Counted from the first letter of the stretch, positions 39,439 through 49,461 are shown. The stretch is DNA of 59,830 nucleotides from a virus (IMGVR_UViG_3300000351_000079:1-59830); one strand, 5' to 3'. The notes: generated by a model from the letters alone, not told the origin. Numbers and translations: made by a program.

Positions 39439-41180
39439 TAGAAGTTAAAGGGTTGAATGTAAAAGCAAAATTAAACGAGTTATTACCGCCATATCTAGTT
39501 GAAGATGGAAAATATGAAAATTCACCTAAAATAAATGGGTTTTTAAAAACTAAGGTAGGTATAGAGACCATTATTTGTCAAGTAGTTGGAGAGTTTTCAG
39601 AATATAAGAACGGTAAGGTAGATTCACATTTTTTAGATTTAAAAGTAAAAGGGTATATACAAAAAAATATATTTATTCAAGGATTGAGAATGTTACCAAT
39701 AGTATCGGCTGAAGTAGAATTACTAGATCAACTTGATTATAAGTATATTTATAATTCAGGAGCTGAGCATACAATTGCGATAGGAAATGATTTGTTTGAT
39801 ATAACAAAAAAAATAGATGTAGATATAAACAATTTGATTCCATCTCACATTGGTGTTTTTGGAAATACTGGGTCCGGGAAATCTAATACGTTGGCAAAAA
39901 TATTGCTTGAATATGAAAAGCAAATATCTAATGCAAAAACTAATAGAGGTAAATATATTATTTTTGATATTAATAATGAGTATTCAAAAGATGCTATTTG
40001 TTTAGAAAATAAAAAAAAGGTCTATAAGTTAAGAACAAGAAATGCTGATGGAGATAAAATACCTTTAAATTTGAAGTCACTTACAGAAGACAATTTTGTT
40101 GTATTAATGAATGCTTCAGAAAAAACACAAGTACCAGTAATAAAAAATGCTTATCGATGGACTTTTGCAACAGAAAGTGAGCAGAGAGAGAAAAAGTACT
40201 ATTTAGATAGAATTAAATCTATGCTCAAAAACGGAAAAAGATACTTGTTTTATTCATTAAGATTTCATTTGCAGGAATATTTAGAAAACGTTGAGAATTT
40301 TAAATATCACTCAGTAGCATCTGTATTTTATTATGAAGGCGAATCTAGTAAAACCTATTCTAATGAAGATTATTTTGATCATTACTTAGATGAGATTAAT
40401 ATTGACTTACCACCAGAACCGTTAGATAGGTTTATATTTGAACTTTATTTTTCAGTAGCACACGAGAATGAGAATGGTGTTCAATTGGATTTCATGATGC
40501 CATTAATTTCTCGAGCAAACAAACTAGTTTTAGATTTTAAAAAAGTTTTTGATTTTAAAGCTAGCGATGAAAAAAATATTATTTTTGATAACAAAAACAT
40601 TTGTGTTATTCAATTGGGGGATGTTAATAAGGATATGAAAGAAATCATTCCATCACTAATTGCAAATAAAATTTTTGATTCTTTAGCAGAGAAGAAAGAT
40701 GAAAAGGATGATATAGTACAGATAATTAATATTATTGTTGATGAAGCTCACAATTTACTATATGAAGAAGTTGGGAGTTCATCCTCTCATAAAAATGTGC
40801 TAGAGGTTTTTGAGAGAATTGTTAAAGAGGGCAGAAAGTTTGGATGCTTTCTAATGCTAGCTAGCCAAAGACCTAGTGATATTTCTCAGACAATTATCTC
40901 GCAATTACATAATTATTTTATTCATAAATTAGTCAATCCTTCTGACATACAAAAAATAAGAAAGGCTGTTGCCTATTTGGATGAAAATTCTTTAGATTTT
41001 TTGACCGTGTTAGCACCTGGAGAATGCATTGTTTCTGGGACCGCATTTCAAATGCCGAATTTTGTTTATGTTAATCAGGTGAAAGCTAATAATAGACCTC
41101 AAAGCGAAAATGTTAAGTTGTACAACCACGACAAAACTGGATTGTTTCAAAAAGAGATTTTGGTTGATGAAAGTGATTAA
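39414..41180 (+). CDS. HerA-family ATPase of the Sir2-HerA system
   Basis: GNTGSGKS, VDEAH, KEGRKFG, ASQRP. Confidence 0.9.
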   Translation: MGKLIGRIVEVKGLNVKAKLNELLPPYLVEDGKYENSPKINGFLKTKVGIETIICQVVGEFSEYKNGKVDSHFLDLKVKGYIQKNIFIQGLRMLPIVSAEVELLDQLDYKYIYNSGAEHTIAIGNDLFDITKKIDVDINNLIPSHIGVFGNTGSGKSNTLAKILLEYEKQISNAKTNRGKYIIFDINNEYSKDAICLENKKKVYKLRTRNADGDKIPLNLKSLTEDNFVVLMNASEKTQVPVIKNAYRWTFATESEQREKKYYLDRIKSMLKNGKRYLFYSLRFHLQEYLENVENFKYHSVASVFYYEGESSKTYSNEDYFDHYLDEINIDLPPEPLDRFIFELYFSVAHENENGVQLDFMMPLISRANKLVLDFKKVFDFKASDEKNIIFDNKNICVIQLGDVNKDMKEIIPSLIANKIFDSLAEKKDEKDDIVQIINIIVDEAHNLLYEEVGSSSSHKNVLEVFERIVKEGRKFGCFLMLASQRPSDISQTIISQLHNYFIHKLVNPSDIQKIRKAVAYLDENSLDFLTVLAPGECIVSGTAFQMPNFVYVNQVKANNRPQSENVKLYNHDKTGLFQKEILVDESD

Positions 41181-41290
41181 GTTTTTAGGGACTAAAGAAA
41201 ACAATATTGATTTTTAGAAATAGATGATAGTTATATAGCATTTTATTAAAGAGTTTAGTAGCAAGCAACTTTTTATATTGGGAGGCAAGG

Positions 41291-42916
41291 ATGATGATTA
41301 TAGAAAAGCTTAGAATATTCAATTTTAAATTATTTGATGATACTGGAAAGATATTTTATTTTCACGATGATTTAAACATTATTGTGGGAAACAATGATAC
41401 TGGGAAAAGCACTATTCTTGATGCGCTGCAATTAGTAACCACCGGGAAAATTGCTGGTATATATGCTGAAAGATCTTTAACCATGAACTTATTTAACAAA
41501 GAAGCTCAAGTAGGTTTTGTAGAAAGTTTAACAAAAGAAGACCCGATTTTACCAGAAATTACTATTGAAATATATGGTAAACAAGACGATAGATATGCCG
41601 AGTTTTCAGGTTTGAATAACACTTTAGGAGAAAACTGTCCTGGTATGCAATTTAAACTTGAATTTGATGAAACATATTCAGAGGAGTTTAAAGATCGGGT
41701 ATCAAAAAAAGAAATCACACAAATCCCAATAGAATATTATAAAATATCAAAACATTATTTTAGTGGCAGTTCAATAGAGTATAGAAAAACTCCATTCAAG
41801 ACAGCCTATCTTGATGCATCAAAGAATAACTACTCTAGATATATTAATCAGTATATTGATACTAACATTGCAGATTATCTAGATCCAGCTGATAAAGCAA
41901 ACTTAAGTTTTGAATATCGAAGTAATAGAGATAAGTTTACTCAAAGTGAACAGATTATGAAATTGAATCAATCACTTCAAAAGGATAAACATATTCTTAA
42001 CGATAAGAGTGTCTCAATAGACCTATACGATGAATCTGTAGATGAGTGGAAAAAACATGTAACAATTAAAATCGATGAAAACCCAATTGAAACATTAGGT
42101 TATGGAACTCAAAATAGTATAAAAATTGAGTTAGCTTTAAGAAATAATAGTGATCTAACTAATTTAGTTTTGATTGAAGAACCAGAGAATAATCTATCTT
42201 ACGCAAACATGAGCAAACTCATTAAGAAAATAGTTAATGTATCAACATCGCAAATCTTTATTACAACTCATAGTAGTTTTGTAGCAAACAAGTCTAAACT
42301 AGACAACTTGATTGTTCTTGGGAATGTTGAAAACACAAATTTAGCCAACTTATCCAACGAAACAATTGAGTATTTTGAAAAACTACCAGGTTATGATACT
42401 TTACGAATTGTTTTATGTGAAAAATCAATACTAGTTGAAGGTCCATCAGATGAGCTCATACTACAGCGTGCTTATAAGGATGTTCATGGGAACTTACCTA
42501 TTGAAGATGGAGTTGATGTTATATCAGTTGATTCCCTCGCCTTTAAACGTTATTTAGAAATCGCTCAAATAATTAAGAAAGATACAGTTGTTGTAACTGA
42601 CAATGATGGAGATATTAAAAAGAATATTAACGAAAAATACTCTAAATATATCAATGTTGAAAACATAACATTCTCTTATGAAAGTAATGAAGAACTAAAC
42701 ACATTAGAACCCAGTATAGTTGAAGCGAATATTTCTTCTTCTGAAGATTGGGATAAGTTCAGATTAGTAATTTCCAAGAATACTAGTATGAATAACAAAT
42801 CAAAAGAAGAAATTCTCTCGTTCATGAGAAATCATAAAACAGAATGGAGCTTCCGTGTATTTGATAGTGTTGATAAGATTAAATATCCGAGGTATATTTT
42901 AAATGCCGTCAACTAA
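41291..42916 (+). CDS. gajA: Gabija GajA (ABC ATPase plus TOPRIM OLD nuclease)
   Basis: GNNDTGKS, IEEPE, TTHS, LVEGPSDE, TDND. Confidence 0.85.
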   Translation: MMIIEKLRIFNFKLFDDTGKIFYFHDDLNIIVGNNDTGKSTILDALQLVTTGKIAGIYAERSLTMNLFNKEAQVGFVESLTKEDPILPEITIEIYGKQDDRYAEFSGLNNTLGENCPGMQFKLEFDETYSEEFKDRVSKKEITQIPIEYYKISKHYFSGSSIEYRKTPFKTAYLDASKNNYSRYINQYIDTNIADYLDPADKANLSFEYRSNRDKFTQSEQIMKLNQSLQKDKHILNDKSVSIDLYDESVDEWKKHVTIKIDENPIETLGYGTQNSIKIELALRNNSDLTNLVLIEEPENNLSYANMSKLIKKIVNVSTSQIFITTHSSFVANKSKLDNLIVLGNVENTNLANLSNETIEYFEKLPGYDTLRIVLCEKSILVEGPSDELILQRAYKDVHGNLPIEDGVDVISVDSLAFKRYLEIAQIIKKDTVVVTDNDGDIKKNINEKYSKYINVENITFSYESNEELNTLEPSIVEANISSSEDWDKFRLVISKNTSMNNKSKEEILSFMRNHKTEWSFRVFDSVDKIKYPRYILNAVN

Positions 42917-44024
42917 TACTGTAATCATCTCAGCTGCTGGTTCAGGAAAAACCTATAATATCTGTAATCATGCAATCAGTAATCTTAATTCTCATAATAA
43001 AGTTTTATTAATTACATATACCAATAGAGGGAAAGAAGCAATCATTAAGGAGTATAGGAAACAAAATCTTGGAGTTTTAGACAAAAATGTAATTGTTAAA
43101 ACTTGGTTTCAATTTTTATTATCTGACTGGATTAAACCTTATCAAGCATCATTTTTTACTAAGATAAATTTAGTTAAGTCATTCGATTTTACAAAGGCCT
43201 ATGGATATGTTAATAAACGACCGATATCTTCACCAAGTAGATATATTACAAACGGAGGAAACATTTTAAATAATGAAGCATCTAGATTATCACTATTACT
43301 TAATATTAAATCTTCTAATGCCGTTATCAAAAGGTTAGAAAGAATTTATGATAATATTTACATTGATGAAGTGCAAGATCTAACGGGTGATGACATTAAC
43401 ATATTAGAGGTATTGTTTAATTCAGCGATCAATACATTCTGTGTTGGAGATCCGAAGCAATCTACTTATCAAACTTACAATACAAAGAAATACAGAAGCA
43501 AGACTGGGAGGAATATTTACCAATATTTCAATGCATTAAACAAAGACTCTATTGTTAAATTAGAAATAAATAACAAATCCAGACGGTGTAATTCAGATAT
43601 TTGTAAATTGGCAAATATTGTTCATCCAAATGAACCTACAATTGAGTCGCTGGAAAATGAAAATAATCAACATAAAGGGGTATTCATAATCGCAAGATCG
43701 GATGTAAATGAGTACTATGATAATTTCAAACCAATGATTTTAAGATATGATAAACGCACACAATGTGATTACACCGGAGTACTTAATTATGGGGTTTCAA
43801 AAGGAATGACATTTGAGAGAGTAATTATTTATCCAAACCAACCTCTAGCTAAACTCATCAAAAATGGTACACCATTAAAATCCCCTGAAAAGTACTATGT
43901 AGCAGTAACTCGAGCTAGACACAGCATATGTATTGTAATCGACAAAATGAAAACAAATGCTTTATTTAAATCAGTAGAACTTGAATTAGATAATGGAAAG
44001 AAGATTCATGCCTACAAAATGTAA
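42903..44024 (+). CDS. gajB: Gabija GajB (UvrD-like helicase)
   Basis: AAGSGKT, IDEVQD, VGDPKQS, KGMTF, YVAVTRAR; overlaps gajA. Confidence 0.85.
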   Translation: MPSTNTVIISAAGSGKTYNICNHAISNLNSHNKVLLITYTNRGKEAIIKEYRKQNLGVLDKNVIVKTWFQFLLSDWIKPYQASFFTKINLVKSFDFTKAYGYVNKRPISSPSRYITNGGNILNNEASRLSLLLNIKSSNAVIKRLERIYDNIYIDEVQDLTGDDINILEVLFNSAINTFCVGDPKQSTYQTYNTKKYRSKTGRNIYQYFNALNKDSIVKLEINNKSRRCNSDICKLANIVHPNEPTIESLENENNQHKGVFIIARSDVNEYYDNFKPMILRYDKRTQCDYTGVLNYGVSKGMTFERVIIYPNQPLAKLIKNGTPLKSPEKYYVAVTRARHSICIVIDKMKTNALFKSVELELDNGKKIHAYKM

Positions 44025-44093
44025 TTCTGGCTCATGTTACAATTATTAATCAGTATGATGTTATTTTAAAATTCTAATTAGGAGAAAAAGACT

Positions 44094-44375
44094 ATGGATG
44101 ACAAATATTTTGAAACAATAAAGATGGTTGAAGATGTGTTGAGTCGTGATTATGATCTACCAAAATTCCCAGATATTAATCTAGAAATTATTGAGAGTCC
44201 ATTAATTGAGCAAAATGAAATCCTTAAAAAGACACTTGAAGTTATAACAAAAAGTCTGGAGTTAGCAATTGAGGATATCGATGAAGCAAAGAAAGAATCT
44301 AGAAGAAATCTAATCATTGCAATTGCTTCTATTTTAGTTGCAATTAGTATTGCAATTTTGGGCTTTGTTTTTTAG
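44094..44375 (+). CDS. hypothetical protein with C-terminal TM anchor
   Basis: AGGAG RBS; coiled coil plus hydrophobic tail. Confidence 0.6.
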   Translation: MDDKYFETIKMVEDVLSRDYDLPKFPDINLEIIESPLIEQNEILKKTLEVITKSLELAIEDIDEAKKESRRNLIIAIASILVAISIAILGFVF

Positions 44376-44518
44376 GTTGCAACATTCCAAATGATGCCTT
44401 TGCAGTACAAGATTAGACTAAGTTAGATATAAACGAATGATACCAAGAAATTTGAAAAAGATTTGCAAAGCTAAATTACTTATTTCTTCAATTGTAAAAA
44501 GCAACACACAACATTATA

Positions 44519-44599
44519 GGGTAAAACTCCGTACATTATACATCAAAATCGGGTAAAACTCCGTAATAAAGACACATGATTTTAATACGGAGTTTATTT
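44519..44599. repeat. junction repeat cluster: GGGTAAAACTCCGTA x2 plus inverted TACGGAGTTT
   Basis: Exact 15-mers at 44519-44533 and 44551-44565; inverted 10-mer at 44586-44595. Confidence 0.75.
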
Positions 44600-44684
44600 G
44601 TAAAACTGCCTAAAATAAGCATTTTAATGGTTATATAGGCTGGATTTTATTAAAATAAACATCCTTTTCTATAAAATAGAGAAT

Positions 44685-44741
44685 AAAAAGACGAACTTAA
44701 ATTCTAAAAGTTGATTTTAGAACTAGAGCTTGTCTTTTTTT
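44685..44741. terminator. bidirectional terminator-like hairpin
   Basis: AAAAAGAC...TTCTAAAA-GTTGA-TTTTAGAA...GTCTTTTTT. Confidence 0.6.
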
Positions 44742-44765
44742 CTTTTGATACCATATATAAACTCA

Positions 44766-44802
44766 ACCGGATTTGAACTATCTAATAAAGCGGATTTGAA
44801 CT
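44766..44802. repeat. direct repeat CGGATTTGAACT x2 at the left end of element 2
   Basis: Copies at 44768-44779 and 44791-44802; homologous to the 214-260 pair. Confidence 0.75.
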
Positions 44803-44804
44803 TA

Positions 44805-46466
44805 CTAAAAAAATATAATACCATGTTCAGCATCATAATTAGTCTTCCTTATTCGGTATTGGATTGAACCAGGAAGATATAATTCTTTTATTAAATTAAT
44901 GTTTTCGTAATCATCACGTTTGCCTATAACAAAGATAATCTTATTACGTTCTAGAACAACGATTTTTGAGAAGAATTGCTTGTATGGAAACTCATCTATT
45001 GATGTAATTGGGCTATTATAGTTTTTTAAACTAGATTTGATATTAACTAAAAAGTTATCCACATTTAGATCTACTATAATTTTGTTTTGAAGCTCAGCAG
45101 AATGAATTTTCAATTCATAAATACTTTTGCTTAGTTGGTCCATAACTGCTTTATGGAAACTATCTGTTTCTGATGTCATCTTTCCTAACTTTGCTTCTAA
45201 GGCCGATAATTTTTCCTGTGTTGCTTTAAGTTCTTGTTTTGCAATGACAAGTCGTTCATCACTATTTAAAGCCTTAGATAAGGTGTTTAGGAACTCATTT
45301 TTATTATTAATGATTAAATTGATTTGATTCAAAATCTCTTGATCTATGACATCACAAGATAAGGTATCAGCTTCACACGATTTTTTTGATGCATTAGATA
45401 AACATTGTAAAAACCTATTGGCAAATGCATTGCTGTTTTTATTGACTTTCATATTAAAGTGTTTCCCACAATGAGCGCATCTTATAAGACCTGTATATGG
45501 AGATTTCTTGTTTCCAAAAGTTTCTTCCATATTCTTGATATGGCTTTTTTGATATTTAATGCTTTTTTGTTTTCTTATTTCCTGAACCTTGTTAAACATA
45601 GATAAAGATATGATTGCTGGATGTGAATCTACTACATAAAACTGTGGTAGTTCACCTTTATTATTGACAGTATGTTTTGATTTGAACGATGGCCTGTATG
45701 TTTTTTGCAATAAGGCATTGCCTGTATATTTTTCATTTTTTAATATGCCATAAATTGCTGTTTTACTCCAATGTTTATTACCATAAGTTGTAGGAATATT
45801 ATGATCTTCTAGATATCTTATAATAGGTGTTGCTCCAAATCCATCTAAGAATAGTTCATATATTTTTCTTACAGTAGAGGCTTCTTGTTCATTGATGACT
45901 AGGTTTCCAAACTCATCATGATCATATCCAAGCATACCTTTAGTGACAACATGAAACTCTCCCTTTTCAAATCTTTTTGTATTACCCCATTTGACATTTT
46001 CACTTATAGATCTTGATTCCTCCTCAGCCATTCCACTAAGAACTGACATAATCAACTCAATCTTTGGATCGAAAGTTGAGATGTTCTCTTTTTCGAAGAA
46101 CACTTCAACATTTTTATTTTTTAGCTCTTGTATTAACTTGATACTATCAAGTGTATTTCTAGAAAACCTAGAGATTGATTTTGTGATAATTAAATCAATT
46201 AGTCCATTTCTTGCAGCTTCAATCATCAAATTAAACTGTTTTCGCTTGGAGATATTGGTGCCACTTTTACCTTCGTCTGCGTAAACTCCTACAAAGTTCC
46301 AATCAGGATGGCTCATGATTTGTTTGGCATATGTCGATACTTGCGTATCAAAACTTAATAGTTGAACTTCAGAAGAAGTAGAAACCCTTGCATAAGCACA
46401 GACGTTTCGCTTTTTTTTATGAAGGGATAAATCTTTATAATTAATAACTTCCTTTAGTTCAATCAT
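44805..46466 (-). CDS. large serine recombinase
   Basis: VCAYARVST, KSISRFSRN, NEKYTG, CAHCG; counterpart of 298-1947. Confidence 0.92.
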   Translation of the reverse strand: MIELKEVINYKDLSLHKKKRNVCAYARVSTSSEVQLLSFDTQVSTYAKQIMSHPDWNFVGVYADEGKSGTNISKRKQFNLMIEAARNGLIDLIITKSISRFSRNTLDSIKLIQELKNKNVEVFFEKENISTFDPKIELIMSVLSGMAEEESRSISENVKWGNTKRFEKGEFHVVTKGMLGYDHDEFGNLVINEQEASTVRKIYELFLDGFGATPIIRYLEDHNIPTTYGNKHWSKTAIYGILKNEKYTGNALLQKTYRPSFKSKHTVNNKGELPQFYVVDSHPAIISLSMFNKVQEIRKQKSIKYQKSHIKNMEETFGNKKSPYTGLIRCAHCGKHFNMKVNKNSNAFANRFLQCLSNASKKSCEADTLSCDVIDQEILNQINLIINNKNEFLNTLSKALNSDERLVIAKQELKATQEKLSALEAKLGKMTSETDSFHKAVMDQLSKSIYELKIHSAELQNKIIVDLNVDNFLVNIKSSLKNYNSPITSIDEFPYKQFFSKIVVLERNKIIFVIGKRDDYENINLIKELYLPGSIQYRIRKTNYDAEHGIIFF

Positions 46467-48166
46467 ATAAGTTCCTCTCCAATTTCAATAACACTATATT
46501 TGATTTGAAATCCATTTTTCTCGTTTTTAATGGATGAATCAAACAGTGAATCGTAGGTTCTTAGAAGTTCAATTTTATCAGTGAAATCTTTAGATGATAT
46601 TTCTAAATTACTCATACATAAAATCACTTCCTGGTTTGATATTTGAATAATTTTCTTAAATATTAGAAGAAGAGCATCTCGGCTTAGGATTTGAGTTTTC
46701 TGTAAGAATTCCTGAAGTTTTTGTATGCGCTTATTGTTGATATGAAGAGAAGCCAATTGGTTTTGAAATTGTTCAAGTTCATTCTGCAAATCTTCAATCT
46801 CTTGTTTCTTTTCTTCAAAAGCTTTGACAAGATATTTATCGTTTTGATTTGATACATCAGATATTCTTAAGTTTATTAATCCCTTAATCTCATCTTCAAC
46901 TTTACTTATTTGTTTTTGTTTTAATTCTATTGAATCGATAATTTGACTTGAATCTAAATTCTTAATTACTGTATGTGATATCTGATCTATCAAAGTAGGA
47001 TTGATAATTTCCAGTTTTAATAAAGCATCACTACAAACCATTTCCAGTGTTTCATTATCGATGGGCAAGTTATTACATTTGATTTTTTTCTTAGAGGTAT
47101 TTTTACAGGTTAGGACAACTCTTTCGTTTTCTGTCCGATAATTATAGTAGTTTCTATTTAAAACGCGTCCACAACAACTACAATGTACAATACCACTTAA
47201 TGGAAACTGATTCCCATAGCGAGAAGACTCATTACTTGTCGAGCGAACTTTTGTTATTTGTTGGACAACATCGAACAACTCTTTTGAAATAATAGCCTCA
47301 TGATTATTTTCAATATAATATTGGGGAGCTTGACCAGTATTGATGACTGACTTATGAGATAAATAATCGAGTGTCACTCTTTTTTGAAGAAGTACGTCTC
47401 CCATATATTTTTCATTCTTAAGAATATTCATTATGTTCGCTGGATGCCATACAACTTCTTTTCTACCATTTTTGAAATTATTGTCAATTAAGTGTTTGGC
47501 TATTTCTCTATATGACATTCCTGATATATATAGGTTATATATCATTTTAACTACTTTAGCTTCTGAATCGTTGACAATGATTTTTCCATGCGCATCTTTA
47601 TCGTATCCTAGAAATCTACTTGTATTGATTCGAATCGTGCCTTCTTTGTATCTTTTTCTAATACCCCATTTAACATTTTCACTTATATTTCTAGCTTCTT
47701 CTTGAGCAATGGAAGAGAATATTGTCAACATTAAATCTACTTTTGAATCAGTAGAACTGAGGTTTTCCTTTTCAAAGAAGACTTCAACATTAATTAATCT
47801 TAGTTCTTGGATGATCGATAAACAGTCCACAGTATTTCTTGCGAATCTTGATAATGATTTTGTCAAAATTAAATCAATTTTTCCATTTCTTGCATCTTCA
47901 AGCATTCTTAAAAAATTAACCCTTTTTTTGGTGCTGGTTCCTGATGTTCCTTCATCTGCATATAAGTCTACAAAGTCCCAATCTTTATTATCTTGAATTC
48001 TTTTTGTATATTCAGTGATTTGAGCATTATAAGAATTAAGTTGATCGGTTGAATCTGTTGAGACCCTTGCATAAGCACATACACGCCTCTTTTTTGGAAT
48101 TACATCTGCATTACCAGGAATAAATGCTGGGGTAGCGTCTATTCTGATTACTTTTCTTTCATTCAC
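46463..48166 (-). CDS. large serine recombinase
   Basis: VCAYARVST, KSLSRFARN, NEKYMG, CSCCG; counterpart of 1947-3644. Confidence 0.92.
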   Translation of the reverse strand: MNERKVIRIDATPAFIPGNADVIPKKRRVCAYARVSTDSTDQLNSYNAQITEYTKRIQDNKDWDFVDLYADEGTSGTSTKKRVNFLRMLEDARNGKIDLILTKSLSRFARNTVDCLSIIQELRLINVEVFFEKENLSSTDSKVDLMLTIFSSIAQEEARNISENVKWGIRKRYKEGTIRINTSRFLGYDKDAHGKIIVNDSEAKVVKMIYNLYISGMSYREIAKHLIDNNFKNGRKEVVWHPANIMNILKNEKYMGDVLLQKRVTLDYLSHKSVINTGQAPQYYIENNHEAIISKELFDVVQQITKVRSTSNESSRYGNQFPLSGIVHCSCCGRVLNRNYYNYRTENERVVLTCKNTSKKKIKCNNLPIDNETLEMVCSDALLKLEIINPTLIDQISHTVIKNLDSSQIIDSIELKQKQISKVEDEIKGLINLRISDVSNQNDKYLVKAFEEKKQEIEDLQNELEQFQNQLASLHINNKRIQKLQEFLQKTQILSRDALLLIFKKIIQISNQEVILCMSNLEISSKDFTDKIELLRTYDSLFDSSIKNEKNGFQIKYSVIEIGEELI

Positions 48167-48180
48167 TATATAACCTCCAT

Positions 48181-48225
48181 TTCGTTATCACACATATTCG
48201 CTCTAAAACAAACAATTATCAAGTC
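48181..48225 (-). promoter_or_regulatory. promoter-like motif upstream of the element 2 recombinases
   Basis: GACTTGATAAT-N12-AGCGAATATG...TAACGAA, same spacing as 3661-3704. Confidence 0.55.
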
Positions 48226-48240
48226 AATTCGATACGGAGT

Positions 48241-48390
48241 TTATTTTGCATGAACTATCTTGTATTCTTCTAGTAGATCAATGAGCGATTCATAATATTC
48301 AATAAAGGATATTAACCCTTCCTGATGAAGTTTATATATCATGGTTTTTTTGTAATGATACTCAAGTTGATTTTGCTTATCTATTTTCAC
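48241..48390 (-). CDS. 49-aa SHOCT-like small protein (not in ORF track)
   Basis: GTG start after GAAGGAG; MKIDKQNQLEYHYKKTMIYKLHQEGLISFIEYYESLIDLLEEYKIVHAK. Confidence 0.75.
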   Translation of the reverse strand: MKIDKQNQLEYHYKKTMIYKLHQEGLISFIEYYESLIDLLEEYKIVHAK

Positions 48391-48410
48391 TAAAACTCCT
48401 TCTAAAGAAC

Positions 48411-48440
48411 AAAAAATCCTACGCGTAAGAACACGTAGGA
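48411..48440 (-). terminator. intrinsic terminator after the element 2 repressor
   Basis: TCCTACGCG-TAAGAA-CACGTAGGA with an A6 run (U-tract on minus strand). Confidence 0.7.
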
Positions 48441-48530
48441 CATCTTAGGTCAAATAGACCAATTCAATTATATCGCCAAAATGATTATAACAAATCTCAA
48501 AATAATTTGTGACCAAGTAGTGTAGACAAA

Positions 48531-49196
48531 TTAAAAATCTTTGATCGCCTTTTTGATTGTACCAATTAAGATTGTATCTATTTCATCTTTGGTAGCTATA
48601 ATTGGCATCATGTTTTGGTTTAGGTATGTATAACTATTCTTTCTTCTTGGGGTAGGTGTGAATTTTACTACAGAAGGATAATAGTAATCTTTATCACGTA
48701 GTAACGCATAAACACCTTTATTATCGATTTGATCTATTACATATAGATTCATATCAACTAATAGCGTAGTACCCATAGGCATTTTAAGAAGTAATGAATC
48801 AGACATTAAATCTACAGCAACTAGTCTTTTGGACTCTTTAAGATTACTATCGAACACAAAGTTCTCAACTTTAGGCTGTTGTTCATATCTACCATCTGCA
48901 CTTAATTTATATCTTGTAATCATATGGTTTTCACCAAATGAATAAGTATTCTTTCTTTTTAATAGGGCATCAATTGATGTATCAAGCACATAAGATAGCA
49001 TCATCAAGTTAGATGCTTTTGCATCAGTTTGACCTTGTTCATAGGATATTAGTGTTTTCTTGCTAATGGTTCCATGACAGCGTTTAACGACTTCGTCTAA
49101 TGTGAGATTTCTTGATTTCCTAATGCTTTGATCAATTCCAGAATAATCTACATATGAGTTGTGGAAAACAAATTTTTCTTTTGCCATAATCTTCAC
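48531..49196 (-). CDS. XRE-family repressor with degenerate S24-like C-terminus
   Basis: TISKKTLISYEQGQT HTH; SDSL...GTTLLVD resembles GDSM..GD.VLVD. Confidence 0.75.
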   Translation of the reverse strand: MKIMAKEKFVFHNSYVDYSGIDQSIRKSRNLTLDEVVKRCHGTISKKTLISYEQGQTDAKASNLMMLSYVLDTSIDALLKRKNTYSFGENHMITRYKLSADGRYEQQPKVENFVFDSNLKESKRLVAVDLMSDSLLLKMPMGTTLLVDMNLYVIDQIDNKGVYALLRDKDYYYPSVVKFTPTPRRKNSYTYLNQNMMPIIATKDEIDTILIGTIKKAIKDF

Positions 49197-49207
49197 TTCC
49201 TTTTCAG

Positions 49208-49435
49208 TAACACTATTTTATCACGTATTAAACACTGTGTCATTTCTTTTATCTAATCTACGTAAAAAGTGAAGAATATTACACTATAAATGAATAAGTA
49301 ATTCTTATGTATCCTTTAAAAAGTGTAGTTTCGATATTTGAGGTTTTAGTGTTAAATTGAGTCCGATATTAGCTATCTGTGCCCAGCGTCAAAGAATCAA
49401 ACATAAACATATTATTATAAGTGTATAGGTGTTAA
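49208..49435. promoter_or_regulatory. divergent switch region with repeated ACACT/AGTGT operator-like half-sites
   Basis: ACACT at ~49210, 49232, 49281; AGTGT or GGTGT at ~49322, 49348, 49420, 49428. Confidence 0.4.
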
Positions 49436-49461
49436 ACAACATAAAACAAGGAGGATTATAA

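Larger units (their letters stand above)
130..44500. mobile_element. siphovirus-type prophage (element 1), boundaries approximate
   Basis: Full module order: integration, switch, replication, methylation, packaging, head, tail, lysis, cargo; att sites not identified. Confidence 0.9.

Noticed and set aside
41167-41217. Tiny ORF overlapping the end of herA
   Set aside because: Only 16 codons with no recognisable motif; at most a gene remnant
44519-44599. Possible mini-CRISPR array
   Set aside because: Only two 15-bp direct copies with a 17-bp spacer and no cas genes; better explained as binding sites
44376-44800. attR as a duplicated tRNA-Cys 3' end at the element 1/element 2 junction
   Set aside because: No copy of GGTCGGGACCTCCA found here by eye; only the short inverted T-arm-like motif
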